Shown here: in pieces, positions 38,445 through 51,090 of the stretch
Layout: each line of letters opens with the position of its first letter
How positions within the stretch are numbered: position 1 is the first letter of the stretch
Source of the DNA: Octopus sinensis
Taxonomy: Eukaryota
Length of the DNA: 64,000 bases
Reading direction: 5' to 3'
NCBI RefSeq assembly: GCF_006345805.1
Contig: NC_042998.1
Span: 162,316,001 to 162,380,000 of the forward strand
Program-made: the position numbers and the translations under genes
Notes under the pieces: generated by a model
What the model saw: only the letters and a program-made list of their open reading frames with translations
Told to the model about the DNA's origin: nothing
The model's database searches: none

Positions 38445-38660
38445 AATGCTGTGAGTTGGCAGAACTGTTACATGCCAGACAAAATGCTTTGTGGCATTTC
38501 AACCAGATTTACATCCTGAGTTCAAATTCCACAGTGATCTACTTTGTTTCTCATCTTTTAGGGGGTCGATATTGCAAGTACTAGCTAAGCATTGGGATCA
38601 ATGTAATCAATGATCTCCTCGCGACAAAATTTCAAGCCTTGTGCCTATAGTACAAAGGAT
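38445..38660 (+). mobile_element. SINE family B
   Basis: gtgagttggcagaactg...gagttcaaattcc...gtgcctatagtac. Confidence 0.8.
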
Positions 38661-38677
38661 TATTATTATTGTTATTA

Positions 38678-38721
<44 letters not shown>

Positions 38722-38901
38722 TATTATTATTATTATTATTACTATTACTATTAATGTCTGTAGGTCTCTATCTATTTGTCTATCTATCTTTCTTGCTGTC
38801 CCTCTCCCTCAATATGTGTGTCTTGTGTATGTCTATATATATATATACATATATATACATATACATATATATATATATACATACACATACATATATATAC
38901 A

Positions 38902-39037
<136 letters not shown>

Positions 39038-39512
39038 ATATACATATATATATCTGTAAACAATATATGGAAGATAAATGGAAAAATCAAAAGATAGAAG
39101 AAACCATACATCTTATTTTTCTCCTGTAGTCCTTTCTTCCTTATCACACACACACACACTCACACACACACACACACACACATGAAAAACTGAACAAACC
39201 TGAAAAACAACAAGTAAATCAGCAACACTTTGATGTTTATTGAACCTCAAATTTCAGATTCCATTATCATGAGTAATAATGGTTGCTGCCATCACATCAT
39301 CTTAACCTTGCAGTGTCTTGGTTCAAACTATGTCGTAAAGAAATACCAGCCTACACCGAAAATCTCTGACTAATATATACACTAATACACACTCAGCTGA
39401 TTCTTGGGATCTCAACAATTTACGAAGACTTCACAATCTTTCCCCTGCCCTCCAAGTACCCTATTTTGCATGCCCTATTATCCTCATCATTATTATTATT
39501 ATACTGCTATCG

Positions 39513-39543
<31 letters not shown>

Positions 39544-39717
39544 TATCATCGTCATTAATATGATTATTATTATTATTGTGTTAGTAATATTGAAAGATGA
39601 TGATGATGTAGATGATGATGCCGAAGGTGGTGGTAATAGCAGAGATGAAGATGATGATTTTCATGATGAAGATAAGGAGAAGTAGAAGCAAGAAGAGGAG
39701 GAAGATGAAGACGATGC

Positions 39718-39758
<41 letters not shown>

Positions 39759-40388
39759 ATGATGACAATGCAGCTGCTGCTACTGTTACTGCTGCTGCTG
39801 ATTATTACAATGCTGTTGCTGATGATGTTGAGGGTGATGATGATGATGATGATAAGGAAGAGTAGAAGAAAGGGCAGGAGAAAAATGAAGATTATGATGG
39901 AGATGATAATGTCATGACGATGATGATGGAGATAATGGTGGTGACGATGATGACAGCAGTGGCAGTTGCAGTAGTGGCAGTAGTGGTAGTTGCGATGATG
40001 ATGATTATGATGATGATGATATAGAAAGCAATGACATTTTTTTAACCTAACGTTGACACACATATATATTCACATATACATTGCCACATTCACTCACACA
40101 TGCACATGAGCGCACACAGCCACATGCATGAAAATTCTGCTATTTCATATTTTCTTTTACAATCTTTTTTTTGTTTGTGCGTGTATGTGTGTTTGGGTGT
40201 GGGGGTCAATTTTTCCATATTATTATTATTATTATTATTATTGCTGTGTTTGTTGCTTTTGTTATTCTTGTTTATTATCATGAGGAGAAAATCCTAAGGG
40301 CTAGAGTATTAATTTCACTCAGCTAACTGAGGCCCCTGTGGCCTGTGGTTCCTTGTCTTAAGACAGTAGGTGGAAATGGAAGTGAGAA

Positions 40389-40422
<34 letters not shown>

Positions 40423-40714
40423 ATAATGGAAGATAAAGAAAGGGAGAAGGTAATGTGCTGAGGGAGTAGAAACTAAACACAAAAAATGGCAGTCAGCATG
40501 AAGTATGATCAATATATATATATATATATATATGAAATAAATAAGTAAATGAGTGGAAATCAAACCGGTGAGTGTGTTAAGTAATAAGGCACTAAAAGAG
40601 AATGACACTCCCCAGACATAATAACACACACACACACATGTCTGTGCATGTGTGTATATTTATACATATGTACATATATATATATGTATACATATGTATA
40701 TATATACATATATA

Positions 40715-40768
<54 letters not shown>

Positions 40769-40863
40769 ATATGTGTGTGTGTGGTGTGTGTATATATTTA
40801 TATATGTATATGTCTACATATGTATACATGCATTCATATATCTTTGTGTGTGTGTGTGAGTGC

Positions 40864-40917
<54 letters not shown>

Positions 40918-42042
40918 GTATGTATGCATGTATGTATGTATTTAGTGGCTTTGAAGTTTCATTAGTCACTGGCTTCATCAGGCTGTCTAACACCAGTGAA
41001 AGTTTGAAGTCACTGTCAATCTCTTCCTTTTAAAAATCAATTTAATAACTGACTTAAATGTCTTGATTGTACTTTCATTTAATGTCAGATTGTCTATTTT
41101 TTATGTATGATGTTCTGTAAAACACACTCAGACATATTCATTAGTTGTAAAGCTTCTTAAGTGACTCAAGAACTGAAGTTTCACATGTGCTCGCATGCAT
41201 GCACATGCATGTGTATTGCAGTAGGGACAGTCTCTTTCAATTCCTATTTTGATATTGTTGCATTTGAGTAGAACTATATGCAGAAGCTTTCCATTTGTGG
41301 CCATCCAGTCTGTTTTCAAGGCAGTGAATTGGCAAAGCCACCAGAGCATTGAATTCCAGGTTTCTGCACTCCAAAGTTAAACCCTACAGAGGTGAACTTT
41401 GCCCCTCATCTTTTACAAGATCAATGAATAAATTATCTGTCAAGGACCGAAGTTGATTACTTTCTCTCTTTCTCTTTCTCTCTCTCCCTGTCTATTTCTC
41501 CCCCCTCTCTCTCTATTTCTCTTTCTCTCTTTCTCTTGCTTTGCCTTTGATTGTCTCTTTCTCTCTGTCTTGGAATTAATTATATTGCACTGTGATAAGG
41601 GTCATAGGAGACAACTAACTGGATTCCTCTTTCCAGGAATGGTGAAAGGTTGAGCAAGAGTCTCATAACCTTTTCTCAGAAAAAATGGGCGGCTACTGGA
41701 ACCACAAGAGGCTAATGCATTGTACAGCATGGAATAGAAAATACAAAAATACACAATGATGAACATAGAGTGTATTTTGGACTACAATTCCAGAACACAC
41801 ATTGCATATGCAAATGTGCATAAACCACCTTATTGTCTTGCACACATCATCTGTTGTTGTTTTATATCGACCACCATGTGTGTGAATATGGACGTTCGAG
41901 AGTGTATTTATTTGTATCTTGGTTTTATTGTCTTCTATATTTGTGCATGTGAGTGTCTGTGTGTTCATACATGCAAGGTTTAATTTAATTTCTTATGAAT
42001 TAATTACCTAGTTTTATATATGTCAAGATATTAACATTTCTC

Positions 42043-42101
<59 letters not shown>

Positions 42102-42671
42102 TTAAAATAATGTGTCTTTGTATTTTAGACATATACGTTTATAATAGCTATCTAATCTATCTGTCTATCTGTCTCTGTCTCTCTCTCTCTCTCTGTTAGT
42201 CTCTGTCTATCTGTCTGCATATCTCTCTCTCTCTATATATATATATGTGTGTGTGTGTGTGTATGTATATATGTATATATATATGTATATATGTGTATAT
42301 ACATATATATCTTTGTATATAAATATACATATATGTATATATATATATAGATATATATATATATATATATATATAGATAGATAGATAGATATATAGACAT
42401 GCACACACAGTGATGTTTATTCACACAAGTGTGTTTATGTATGTAGGTATGCATATATGTATGTAGAGATCTATATACATTTGCTTGCTTATGTAGCACC
42501 AAATTCATATTTTATTCTTGTCTTCACTTTCCTTCTTTCCATTTCTTCTGGTTTCTTTTCCTCAATCATTTGTTTTTTGTTGTTGCTGTTATTTTTCTTT
42601 TACCATTTTCTTTTATGCATTTGTGAGTTAATTTGGTCTTAGACCACCAGCTCCTCTCCTCCTAACCTTAC

Positions 42672-42947
42672 CCCATCCCTTTCACCCACGAAAGATCTGA
42701 TGCCGTTTCCAAAGCTTCTGCAACAGCAACAGCACCATCACCAGTCCTGACATCAGCACCGGCACCACCATCAGTTCCTGCACCAAGAGAAATAATCAAT
42801 GAACTTGTCCCACTTTCTCATCCTCCAGTATTTACAACTTCAATACAGTCACAGTGTCTCCCTCTGGTAGTGACTAGACACAACAAAATGTCCTTCGCTC
42901 TGCCAACTATGTTGCACGACTACTGGCTGCACCACTCACTGTGTACA
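42672..42947. other. Non-repetitive island with exon-like signals on both strands
   Basis: Plus: CCTAAC branch, pyrimidine tract, AG|42695-42947|GTATGA, open S/A/P/T-rich frame of 84 codons. Minus: ttatttctcttggtgcag|42777-42672|GTAAGG, also open. Confidence 0.3.
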
Positions 42948-43214
42948 GTATGAGAATTTTGGACGGGGGGGGGGTAATGGCAGGTGGTGCTGGTGGTGCT
43001 GGTGGTAGTGGTGGTGGTTATAAGTTGAATGTAATTGACAGACAGGCTAAATGAAAAAATTAAATTAACAACAATAATAATAATAGTAATAATTTCTTTA
43101 TTGCAATAAGGGTGATGGATGGAGGAATATTAGGAAGACAAATTACAAACATTATTATTATTATTATTATTATTATCATTATTATTATTATTATAGTTAT
43201 CAATTATAATGATG

Positions 43215-43264
<50 letters not shown>

Positions 43265-43266
<2 letters not shown>

Positions 43267-43955
43267 ACAACTGTGATGCTCATATAAACTGCCACTTGTC
43301 TTAGAAAATGACAATGTGAAAACACTATGGAACTCCAGTTCACAGACAGGCCACCAGATAGCACATAATAAGCATGATATAATCTTGTGTGACAATGGCG
43401 TATTAATTATCGACATAGCAATATCAAATGATATTATTGTTGTACAGAAGCCAGCTAAAAAGCTAAGGAATTACACTGACCTAGCAGTTGAATGGAGAAT
43501 ATTGTGGCAGTTTGAGAATGTGCATACCACAAGCAATGGTACTCAATCAAGTCTGTAAGAATATTGGATTCAAAATTTTGGCTCAAGGTCAGCAATAATG
43601 GGGAAAGGAGTAAGTAGATTACATCACCCCCAGTGCTCAAATGGTACTTATTTTATTGACCACAGCAAAATTTGAACTCAGAATGTAAAGACGAAAGTAT
43701 TTTTGCCTGGCATGCTAATAAGTCTACCAAGTCACTGCCTTATTTCTGTAAGAACATATGCAATAAGGATTAACACATGTTCCAGAAAATAGTGATATAA
43801 GATTCTTGAAACCTTTAAATATCATTAGGGCAGTCTTGCACAGAATTCGTTTTACCTTGAATACTTCTGTGCATGTTTTCCAAGAGTAACCCAAGTTCTT
43901 GCTTTAGAAAAAGAAACTGATTAAGCATTCCTCAAAACATGAATAATAAAGGTAA
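43265..43955 (+). pseudogene. 5'-truncated R4/Dong-type LINE (RLE domain to 3' end), interrupted by a family B SINE (~43590-43742, minus)
   Basis: VLENDNVKTLWN...NKHDIIL..LIIDIAISND..KKLRNYTDLAVE..LWQ; after the SINE, (GT)LNIIRAVL-like C-terminus; (TAA)n on both flanks. Confidence 0.75.
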
Positions 43956-43989
43956 TAATAATAATAATCCTTTCTACTATAGAGGAAAT

Positions 43990-44232
43990 GAAATGTTTCC
44001 TTCTCAAGCTGTGCCAGGTTCATAAGGGCCGGTTTCCTGGATTCAGTGGCGTATAAATTCCCCACCTGGACGGGACGCCGATTCATCACAGGATTACTCA
44101 GTTTTGCCAGCTGAGTGGACTGGAGCAATGTGAAATGAAGTGTTTTACTCAAGAACACAACACATCACTCGGTCTAGGAATTGAAACCACAATCTTATGA
44201 CTATGAATCCAGCACCCTAACCACTAAGCCAC
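43990..44232 (-). mobile_element. tRNA-derived SINE with V-domain-like segment
   Basis: Minus strand: tRNA-like head, gtgttcttgagtaaaacac core, then cctgtgatgaatcggcgtcccgtccaggtg, resembling the V-SINE domain (from memory). Confidence 0.55.
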
Positions 44233-45544
44233 CTTTATTTGGCTGGTACTTATTTTATTGAACCCAAAAGGATGAAAGGCAAAGCCAACTATGACAGAAT
44301 TTAAACTGAGAACATTAAAGCTGGTTAAAATGTTGATAAGCGTTTTGTCTGGAGTGCTAATGATTTTGCCAGCTAACTGCCTTAAAAGTGACAATAATAA
44401 TGTCTGTTGGTTCCAGATACTAAAGATGAGATGAATTTTCCATTGTTGATATAGTCAGAGCTAAGACTGATTATGTTCTGAAAACAGTAGTTTATTGTCC
44501 TCCTGCTGTTTGTTGTAGCTAGCTCTGCAATAGTCTGCTCTCCCTCTCTTCCCTACTTTCTCTCTACCTTGCCAGGTCTTCAGAGTGATGTTATGAGCCA
44601 AGTCAGTATTACTGCTAATAATTTTTGACTATGAACCTCATGTTCCGCCACCCCATATTTTGTAGTAGTAGCCTATATGGATAGTGTGTGGCAACCTGAT
44701 GTGGCCTGTCACCTTGCCTTTAACACAGTCATCCACACAAGGCACACATTCCAATGTATCCTACTTCACTTATTGTAAATCACAGCCTTCAATACATTAA
44801 CCAGAGACTTCTTTAACTGTGTGTTTTGGGGGTATACAGAAAGCTCCTCTGTCTTTCCAGGGGAAAAGGCATGTCACTTTCTTGCATTTTCTTTAATAAA
44901 ATCGTCAGGCAAGGTAGCAGAACATTTCATGACATGCCTTCCCTCCATTTATTTTTCATTTCTGTGACAACAGCAAAATTTACAATCTAAATTGCCACCT
45001 TCATTTTTGATTGCTGTTTGTGGAACTGCCACACTTTTTGAGCAGTGTAAGGCTGGTATCTGTTTAAGTGATATGTTTTTTTTCCATTTTGTTTGTTGTT
45101 TTTTTTCAAATTCATTCTCTTACTTACAAAATTTTTGAAAATACTTTTGAAATTTTGGTAGTATGTAATATACTCCAGCCTTTTGCCAAATACTCCTTAC
45201 TGCTACTCCAGAGAATGAAGCCATATTGCTGCACAAATAAATGAATGTTTACAAAATATAATAGAAATATGCTAAAGAAGAAATCTGACTTTTTTCCATC
45301 CAAGGTAAACAGGTTGGACACTCAGTTGTTGCAAAGCTTAATAACACTGTGTAACAAATTTTTTTTATTCCTGTCTTTGGTCAGGAAGTGTTAATTCTTA
45401 TTTGCTTCTATCTAGAAATCAAAGTACATGACTACTATTCCCTTCAAACTTTGCTCTTATCACCTGGACATCAATGTTTTGAAACTGACCTATTTTCAAT
45501 TACATTACAGACAGATTCAGTACTGAGTTACTGAAGCAAAAATA

Positions 45545-45725
45545 TTGTTATAGCAAATATTCTGCTCAGTACCAAAGATTTGCTTGTTGGCTGTTGGACT
45601 TTAACCACTTGAGCATGTCCCTTAGTGGCTGACAATATGTACACCTCTGATCATAAGCAGGAGTAGTAGGGGAGTATCATAGCCATGTTTTGAGAGCAAT
45701 TCTTTTGGGTTTGAATAAATGTAAC
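45545..45725. mobile_element. Internal fragment of family T (opposite orientation)
   Basis: gcaaatattctgctcagtacc...gagcatgtcccttagtggctgac is the reverse complement of 34300-34500. Confidence 0.75.
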
Positions 45726-45829
45726 AAAAGCAAAGTTTGAAGGAAATATTAGCTATTTCTCATACTTTCTAGGAGTAAGCAAATAAGAAATAATAGTTGC
45801 TACCCAAGGATAAAAATCATGTTCCACAG

Positions 45830-46930
45830 GGTAAATTTTCTAGAGAGCCATCTGAAAGTCATTTATTCTTGCCCAAGAACAAGTAATAATAATGTGCATG
45901 CGACTGGTTTTAATCCAGGATTCAAGAACTTGGTTGATATATTGTAGAGTGACATCCATTTGCTTGTGGATGTGGTAAACAGCCACCATTTAGAATCATT
46001 TAGCCTTGTGCATCTGGTTCGTCAAGGCTGTCTCTCATATTACTTGTATATGTCTTGATTCTTAAACCACAGGTGCACACACTGACCAGGACAAATCAGA
46101 CAGTTTTCAGCTCAGCACAGAGAAAAGCAAGTCCATATCAATAAGGTAAGATAATTGGGATCTGGTTCAATTCCAATCTCCAGGTCATTAGGAACTGAGA
46201 CAAGGTTACAGGGAGGGTAGCCAGTCCCATCCAGAAGTGATCTAAGGGGAAGCTATCAGATAGATATGATATCCATGATCTATTATCACCTAACCATCAT
46301 TCCATGTCCCAGATTGTTTATGATCATGTTGGTGCATTTGCTTCTTTAGCATCCCATGAAAGGGTTGGCTTTTTCTGCCAGAAATTTCATTTGCTACTAA
46401 CACCTGCTCAGAGCACTCAGTATGCTATGATCTTGACTCATAGGCATGTGTTAAAGCTACAACATCTGCAGAAGTTCATAGATAGTAATTAGGTGTGGTG
46501 AGACATTTGTCAAATATTTTTTTCCTCAACTCATCCATTCGATGAAGTTGAGTCTTCAGGCCAAGTGTAGACGAGAACTGGATGTCTGGCCAGGCATTTT
46601 AAATGCTGTAAGATACATACAGTTTTCTCCCAGTTGGGGAATATGTTTGGTGGAACATCTAGGGTACCATTCTATAAAGAGATAGTGTTGGGTTTGAATG
46701 ATAACATTCTCTGGGGAACAATAGATATAAGTGATGATCAGCTAAGTAATTTATTCTGGAGCACTTTTGACTCAGGAGTAATGAATAACCTCCCAAAGTC
46801 TTTGGTCTATGAGTGCTACTTGGGGTTAGGAGAGTTAGTGGTTCAAGGTAAGCTCTTCAGGCATGTAAGTTCAGTCTGTCAGGCCTGCCCAAGATACACA
46901 GAGAGTGACAAAATTATTCTTCATATAATT
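45830..46930. other. High-complexity degenerate sequence, probably an old retroelement
   Basis: Non-microsatellite, stop-interrupted frames on both strands; contains the hammerhead-like motif at 46504-46567; family not identified. Confidence 0.3.
46504..46567 (-). ncRNA. Hammerhead-like motif with 11-bp stem II
   Basis: CACUUGGC-CUGAAGA-CUCAACU(U)CAUC-GAAUG-GAUGAGUUGAG-GAAA-AAAAUAUUU-GACAAAUG; the A-run looks expanded and stem I has 2 mismatches. Confidence 0.45.
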
Positions 46931-46949
46931 AGAGTTAGTGAGTATGGCT

Positions 46950-47080
46950 GGCATGTGGTGCAATACTGAACAGCTGTTATCATCTTTTATACAAAGACAA
47001 AACAATGTATATGATAATACTTCCAATCAGCTAAGATCAAAAGCCATGAGAGCCACTGTCTGGTACTGCATCGGGGCATT
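46950..47080. mobile_element. Terminal fragment of family T followed by (TTA)n
   Basis: gatcaaaagccatgagagccactgtctggtactgcatcggggcatttattatt. Confidence 0.75.
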
Positions 47081-47127
47081 TATTATTATCATTATTATTA
47101 TTATCATTATTATTATCATTATTATTA

Positions 47128-47180
<53 letters not shown>

Positions 47181-47397
47181 GTTATTATTATTATTAAGAC
47201 AGTGAGTTGGCTGTACCATTAGCATTCCAGATAAAATGCTTAGTTTTATTTCTTGTGGCTCTTTACATTTTGAGTTCAAATTCCACCTTTCAGGATTTAG
47301 AAAATAAGTACCAGTTGAACACTGGGGTTGATATAATCAATTTCTCCACCCCTCAAAATTCCTGGCCTTGGGCCAAAACAAGAAAGGATTATTATCA

Positions 47398-47798
47398 CTC
47401 TTTTACTCTTTTACACGTTTCAGTCATTTAACTGTGACCATACAGGAGCACTACCCATAGTCGAAGAAATTGACCCCAGGACTTATTCTTTGTAAGCCTA
47501 GTATTCATTCTATCAGTCACTTTTGCTGAACCACTAAGTTTAAGGAACATAAACACACCAACATCGGTTGTCAAGCGATGGTGGGGGGATAAACATAGAC
47601 ACAAAGACACACATAAATATACATATAGCCGAAATTGTGAAGATAATCTGGTACTTGACTGAGGATAAAAAAGTTCGAATGACCTGTCCTTGTTTTCTTT
47701 GTATCGTCTATCTGGATGTTATGTTGCCCCATTTTTGTATCACCCAACTGTCTGGATGTTTTGCGTTCTTGACCCATTTTGTATCATATATATCTATA

Positions 47799-47865
<67 letters not shown>

Positions 47866-48020
47866 CTACACGATGAGCTTCTTTCAGTTTCCATCTACCA
47901 AATTCACTCATAAGGCTTTGGTCAGCCCAAAGCTATAGTAGAAGATAAGCAGGTGTGACGCAGTGAAACTGAACCCAGAACCATGTGGTTGGGAAGCAAA
48001 CTTCTTACCACACAGCCATA
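47398..48020 (-). mobile_element. Full SINE family A with a ~150-bp insert and (TA)n in its internal microsatellite
   Basis: Both SINE halves intact on either side of ~47625-47870. Confidence 0.85.
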
Positions 48021-48531
48021 CCTTATTATTGTTGTTGTTGTTGTTGTGGTTGCTGTTAGGTGGCACCATAGTCAATCTGAGGCAAGGTTATTGATAGCTG
48101 AAAAGATTAGAAATTTGCAATCTTGTTTATTCTCTGCCTGATTCTTAAATAAAAAATATCCATGTTCTGATTCACTTGATACAAAGATACCCTATTGTTA
48201 CTGTTGAGGATGACAAAGCAGAGGAGGAGAAAGGAGAGAAGGCGGGAGGGGGAAGAGGAGCAGGAGGAGATTGATGGAGGTGGAGAATGATAAAAACCTT
48301 TCATGGTGGACAGCTATTGGTCTGTCATCAAATCTGTAAAGAAGCATTAGAAACAGCAGTCATTATTGCAGACAAATTATTTCAGCCATGAAAGTGAAAC
48401 AAAAGAACTGATTTGTGTTTTGACTCAGTAAAGAGAAAAGTTGTTGAAAAATGTGGCAACATGCTTGTATTTCTGTGGTTTATTGGCATGTGTTTACATA
48501 CATATATAGATAAAGAGATATACATATATGC

Positions 48532-48614
<83 letters not shown>

Positions 48615-48827
48615 TATGTTTGAATGTATTACTTTCACTATCTTGATCTTTTACTGAACATTTAATAAAAGAAATTATTGCTTCTTTGTTTTTATACTTT
48701 GAACAAAGACTTTGCTGTCTCTGTGTCTCCTTTTTTTACACAAATGTATCATGTCTGTCTCATATAGCATTGTATTTGTATTTGTAACAAAATAGTTTCT
48801 TTATTATTACTATTATTATTATTATTA

Positions 48828-48866
<39 letters not shown>

Positions 48867-49208
48867 CGTCATTATTATTCTTTGTTTTTTCTTCCTTTCT
48901 TTATTTTCTTTCTTTTTTTGTTTTGTTTGTTTACTATATCTCCTGTTTTGGCAATGTTGTGTACAAAATACCAGTTACTTCTCTCAAGCAATCTATGGTA
49001 AAAGGCAGTATCAAAGCAAACTAGTTGAACAAATGAGATTCTACATGGCATCTCTACCTGCTAATGCAACTGTTACATCTTTCAAAGATATTTCTTTGGG
49101 AACCATATGTAATGATATCTAAACCTGAGTTGTTTACCCCAGCAAATCTCGTATTGCTAAGGATATCATACTCTCAAAGTGTGTCCTGCAAGGAAAGTAT
49201 ATAGTTAA

Positions 49209-49410
49209 CCCTTTAGCATATCCAACTGAAATAATCTTCTCCTTTTATGTTCAAGCTGACCAGGTCTGGCCTCTCACACCTGTGCTACATGTCATTCCAA
49301 ACATACAATCACATCATTGAAATCTCAGATATGAGATAATACATGATTAATTCAAAACAATGTGAATAAATAAGCATTATATTTAACAAAATAATCTGAA
49401 TGCTAAAGAA
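49209..49410. mobile_element. piggyBac-like MITE, family 2
   Basis: TTAA|CCCTTTAGCAT ... ATGCTAAAGAA|TTAA; related copies at 54010, ~57205, ~32240 and ~7190. Confidence 0.7.
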
Positions 49411-50029
49411 TTAAATAAGATGATCCTGTATTAAATGCACACTGCCTGAAAGTAAAAATCGGATTGTCACTGCTTGAATGCTAGCAGAGCTAGTATGAAG
49501 TCAAGCAAGAATATCAGTTCCAAATCCATAGATAAAATGTACCATAAGAAAAGACAGGATGGATACAGTTCAAATGCTAGTTGAGGTAAAAATTGGGTAC
49601 TCAGATACCCTTATTCATGTAACCCAGTGTTTCACAACTAGGGTCCACTTAACCCTTGAGGGTCCATATAAGATTTTTATGGCCAAATTTTATTTGCAAT
49701 AAATAGCTTATACTTCTACAATACGCAAAATATTTATTCTTTTATTCTTTTACTTGTTTCAGTCATTTGATTGCAGCCATGCTGGAGCACCGGTAGAAGA
49801 GTTTTAGTTGAACAAATTGACTCCCATCACTTATTTCTTAAGCTTAGTACTTATTCTATCAGTTCTTTTGTCAAACTGCTAAGTTATGGGGTCATAAACA
49901 CACCAACACTGCTTGTCAAACGGTGATGGAGGGACAAACACTGGCACAAAGACACTCACACACATATATATATAAATGCATACATACATAAATACATACA
50001 TGCATACATACATAGATACAAAAATGTGA

Positions 50030-50240
50030 CCTCGTGTGTACCGTTGGCGATTTTTTTTTCCTCTGTCTTCCCTTCTCTGGATCTTTCCTTCTCCTATGTT
50101 TCCGACGAAGAGCTCCGCTCAAAACGTTAAACCCTCCCTCTTTCCTTCTTTCCTGAGCGTCCAATAATACTATATTTGTTCCATGTCCTCGCGTTGTTGT
50201 GTTTTTTTGTGCTTTCTTGTTTGGATTAACTTTATATGCA
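50030..50240 (+). mobile_element. Penelope-like fragment with variant hammerhead motif (50096-50132)
   Basis: GUUU-CCGACGA-A-GAGC-UCC-GCUC-AAAA-CGUU-AAAC; same family as 10665-10865. Confidence 0.55.
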
Positions 50241-50264
50241 TATATACATATATATATATATATG

Positions 50265-50334
<70 letters not shown>

Positions 50335-50386
50335 CGACATCGAAAACTACCTTAGGATAAAGAACCCAGGTTTGAAATTTCCCCAA

Positions 50387-50432
50387 GACACCTGATGAAG
50401 GTTGGAGGGAATATCAGCCAAAACGTTGTGTT
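50387..50432 (+). ncRNA. Hammerhead-like motif (G12A) in a Penelope-like fragment (~50340-50510)
   Basis: GACAC-CUGAUGA-A-GGUUG..CAGCC-AAAA-CGUU-GUGUU: 5-bp stems I and II; one CpG-type change in GAAA. Confidence 0.55.
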
Positions 50433-50862
50433 AACAACAAACAAGATGAGGACAAATATCCATCAAATGTAAATATTGTACATAATTCCTCATCTCTTAA
50501 ATATAGAACAACAAGTCTATAGATATAATGCTCCAAAATGGAAGACAAGCTGGCTACAGCTGGAATGCAAGTTAAATAAAAATTGGACACATAGATAAAT
50601 CTGTTTGTTTTTTTATTTAAACATCAACATGGAATAGACCTGTTTGATCTGGGTTGACTCAAAGCTACAAAGCAACAAATTTCTTGTGGCATATAAAGCT
50701 GTAAATTCTATAAAGTAGTTTTTCTCATGGATTATTGATGTAGCATTATAAGAACTCTACAATTGCTGTTGCTTTTTTGTTTATTAGCTCTGATCATGCT
50801 TCCTTTACAGGCCATTTTGCAGAGACTTTCAAAATCTTAGCTAAACTTTAAGATAAGAAACA

Positions 50863-51090
50863 TCATCATTATTTAACGTTCATTTTCCATGCTGGCATGG
50901 GTTGGATGTTTTGGCATGGATGCCCTTCTTAATGCCAACCACCTTACACAGTGGACTGAGTGCTTTTCCCTTGGTACCAGTACCGGTGAGGCTTGTTTTG
51001 GCATGGTTTTTGCAGCTGGATGTGTGTCCTTATGTCAACCACCTTAAAGAGTTGACAGAGTACCTTTTTACATAGCACTAGCAATGGTAG
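50863..51090 (-). mobile_element. Family C repeat
   Basis: catcatcattatttaacgttcattttccatgctggcatgggttgg. Confidence 0.75.

Noticed and set aside
46073-46847. Plus-strand exon candidates 46073-46145 (CAG|...AAG|GTAAGA) and 46634-46847 (CAG|...|GTAAGC)
   Set aside because: The splice signals look strong, but the only open frames are phase-incompatible (2 versus 0), there is no homology, and they lie in a probable old retroelement.
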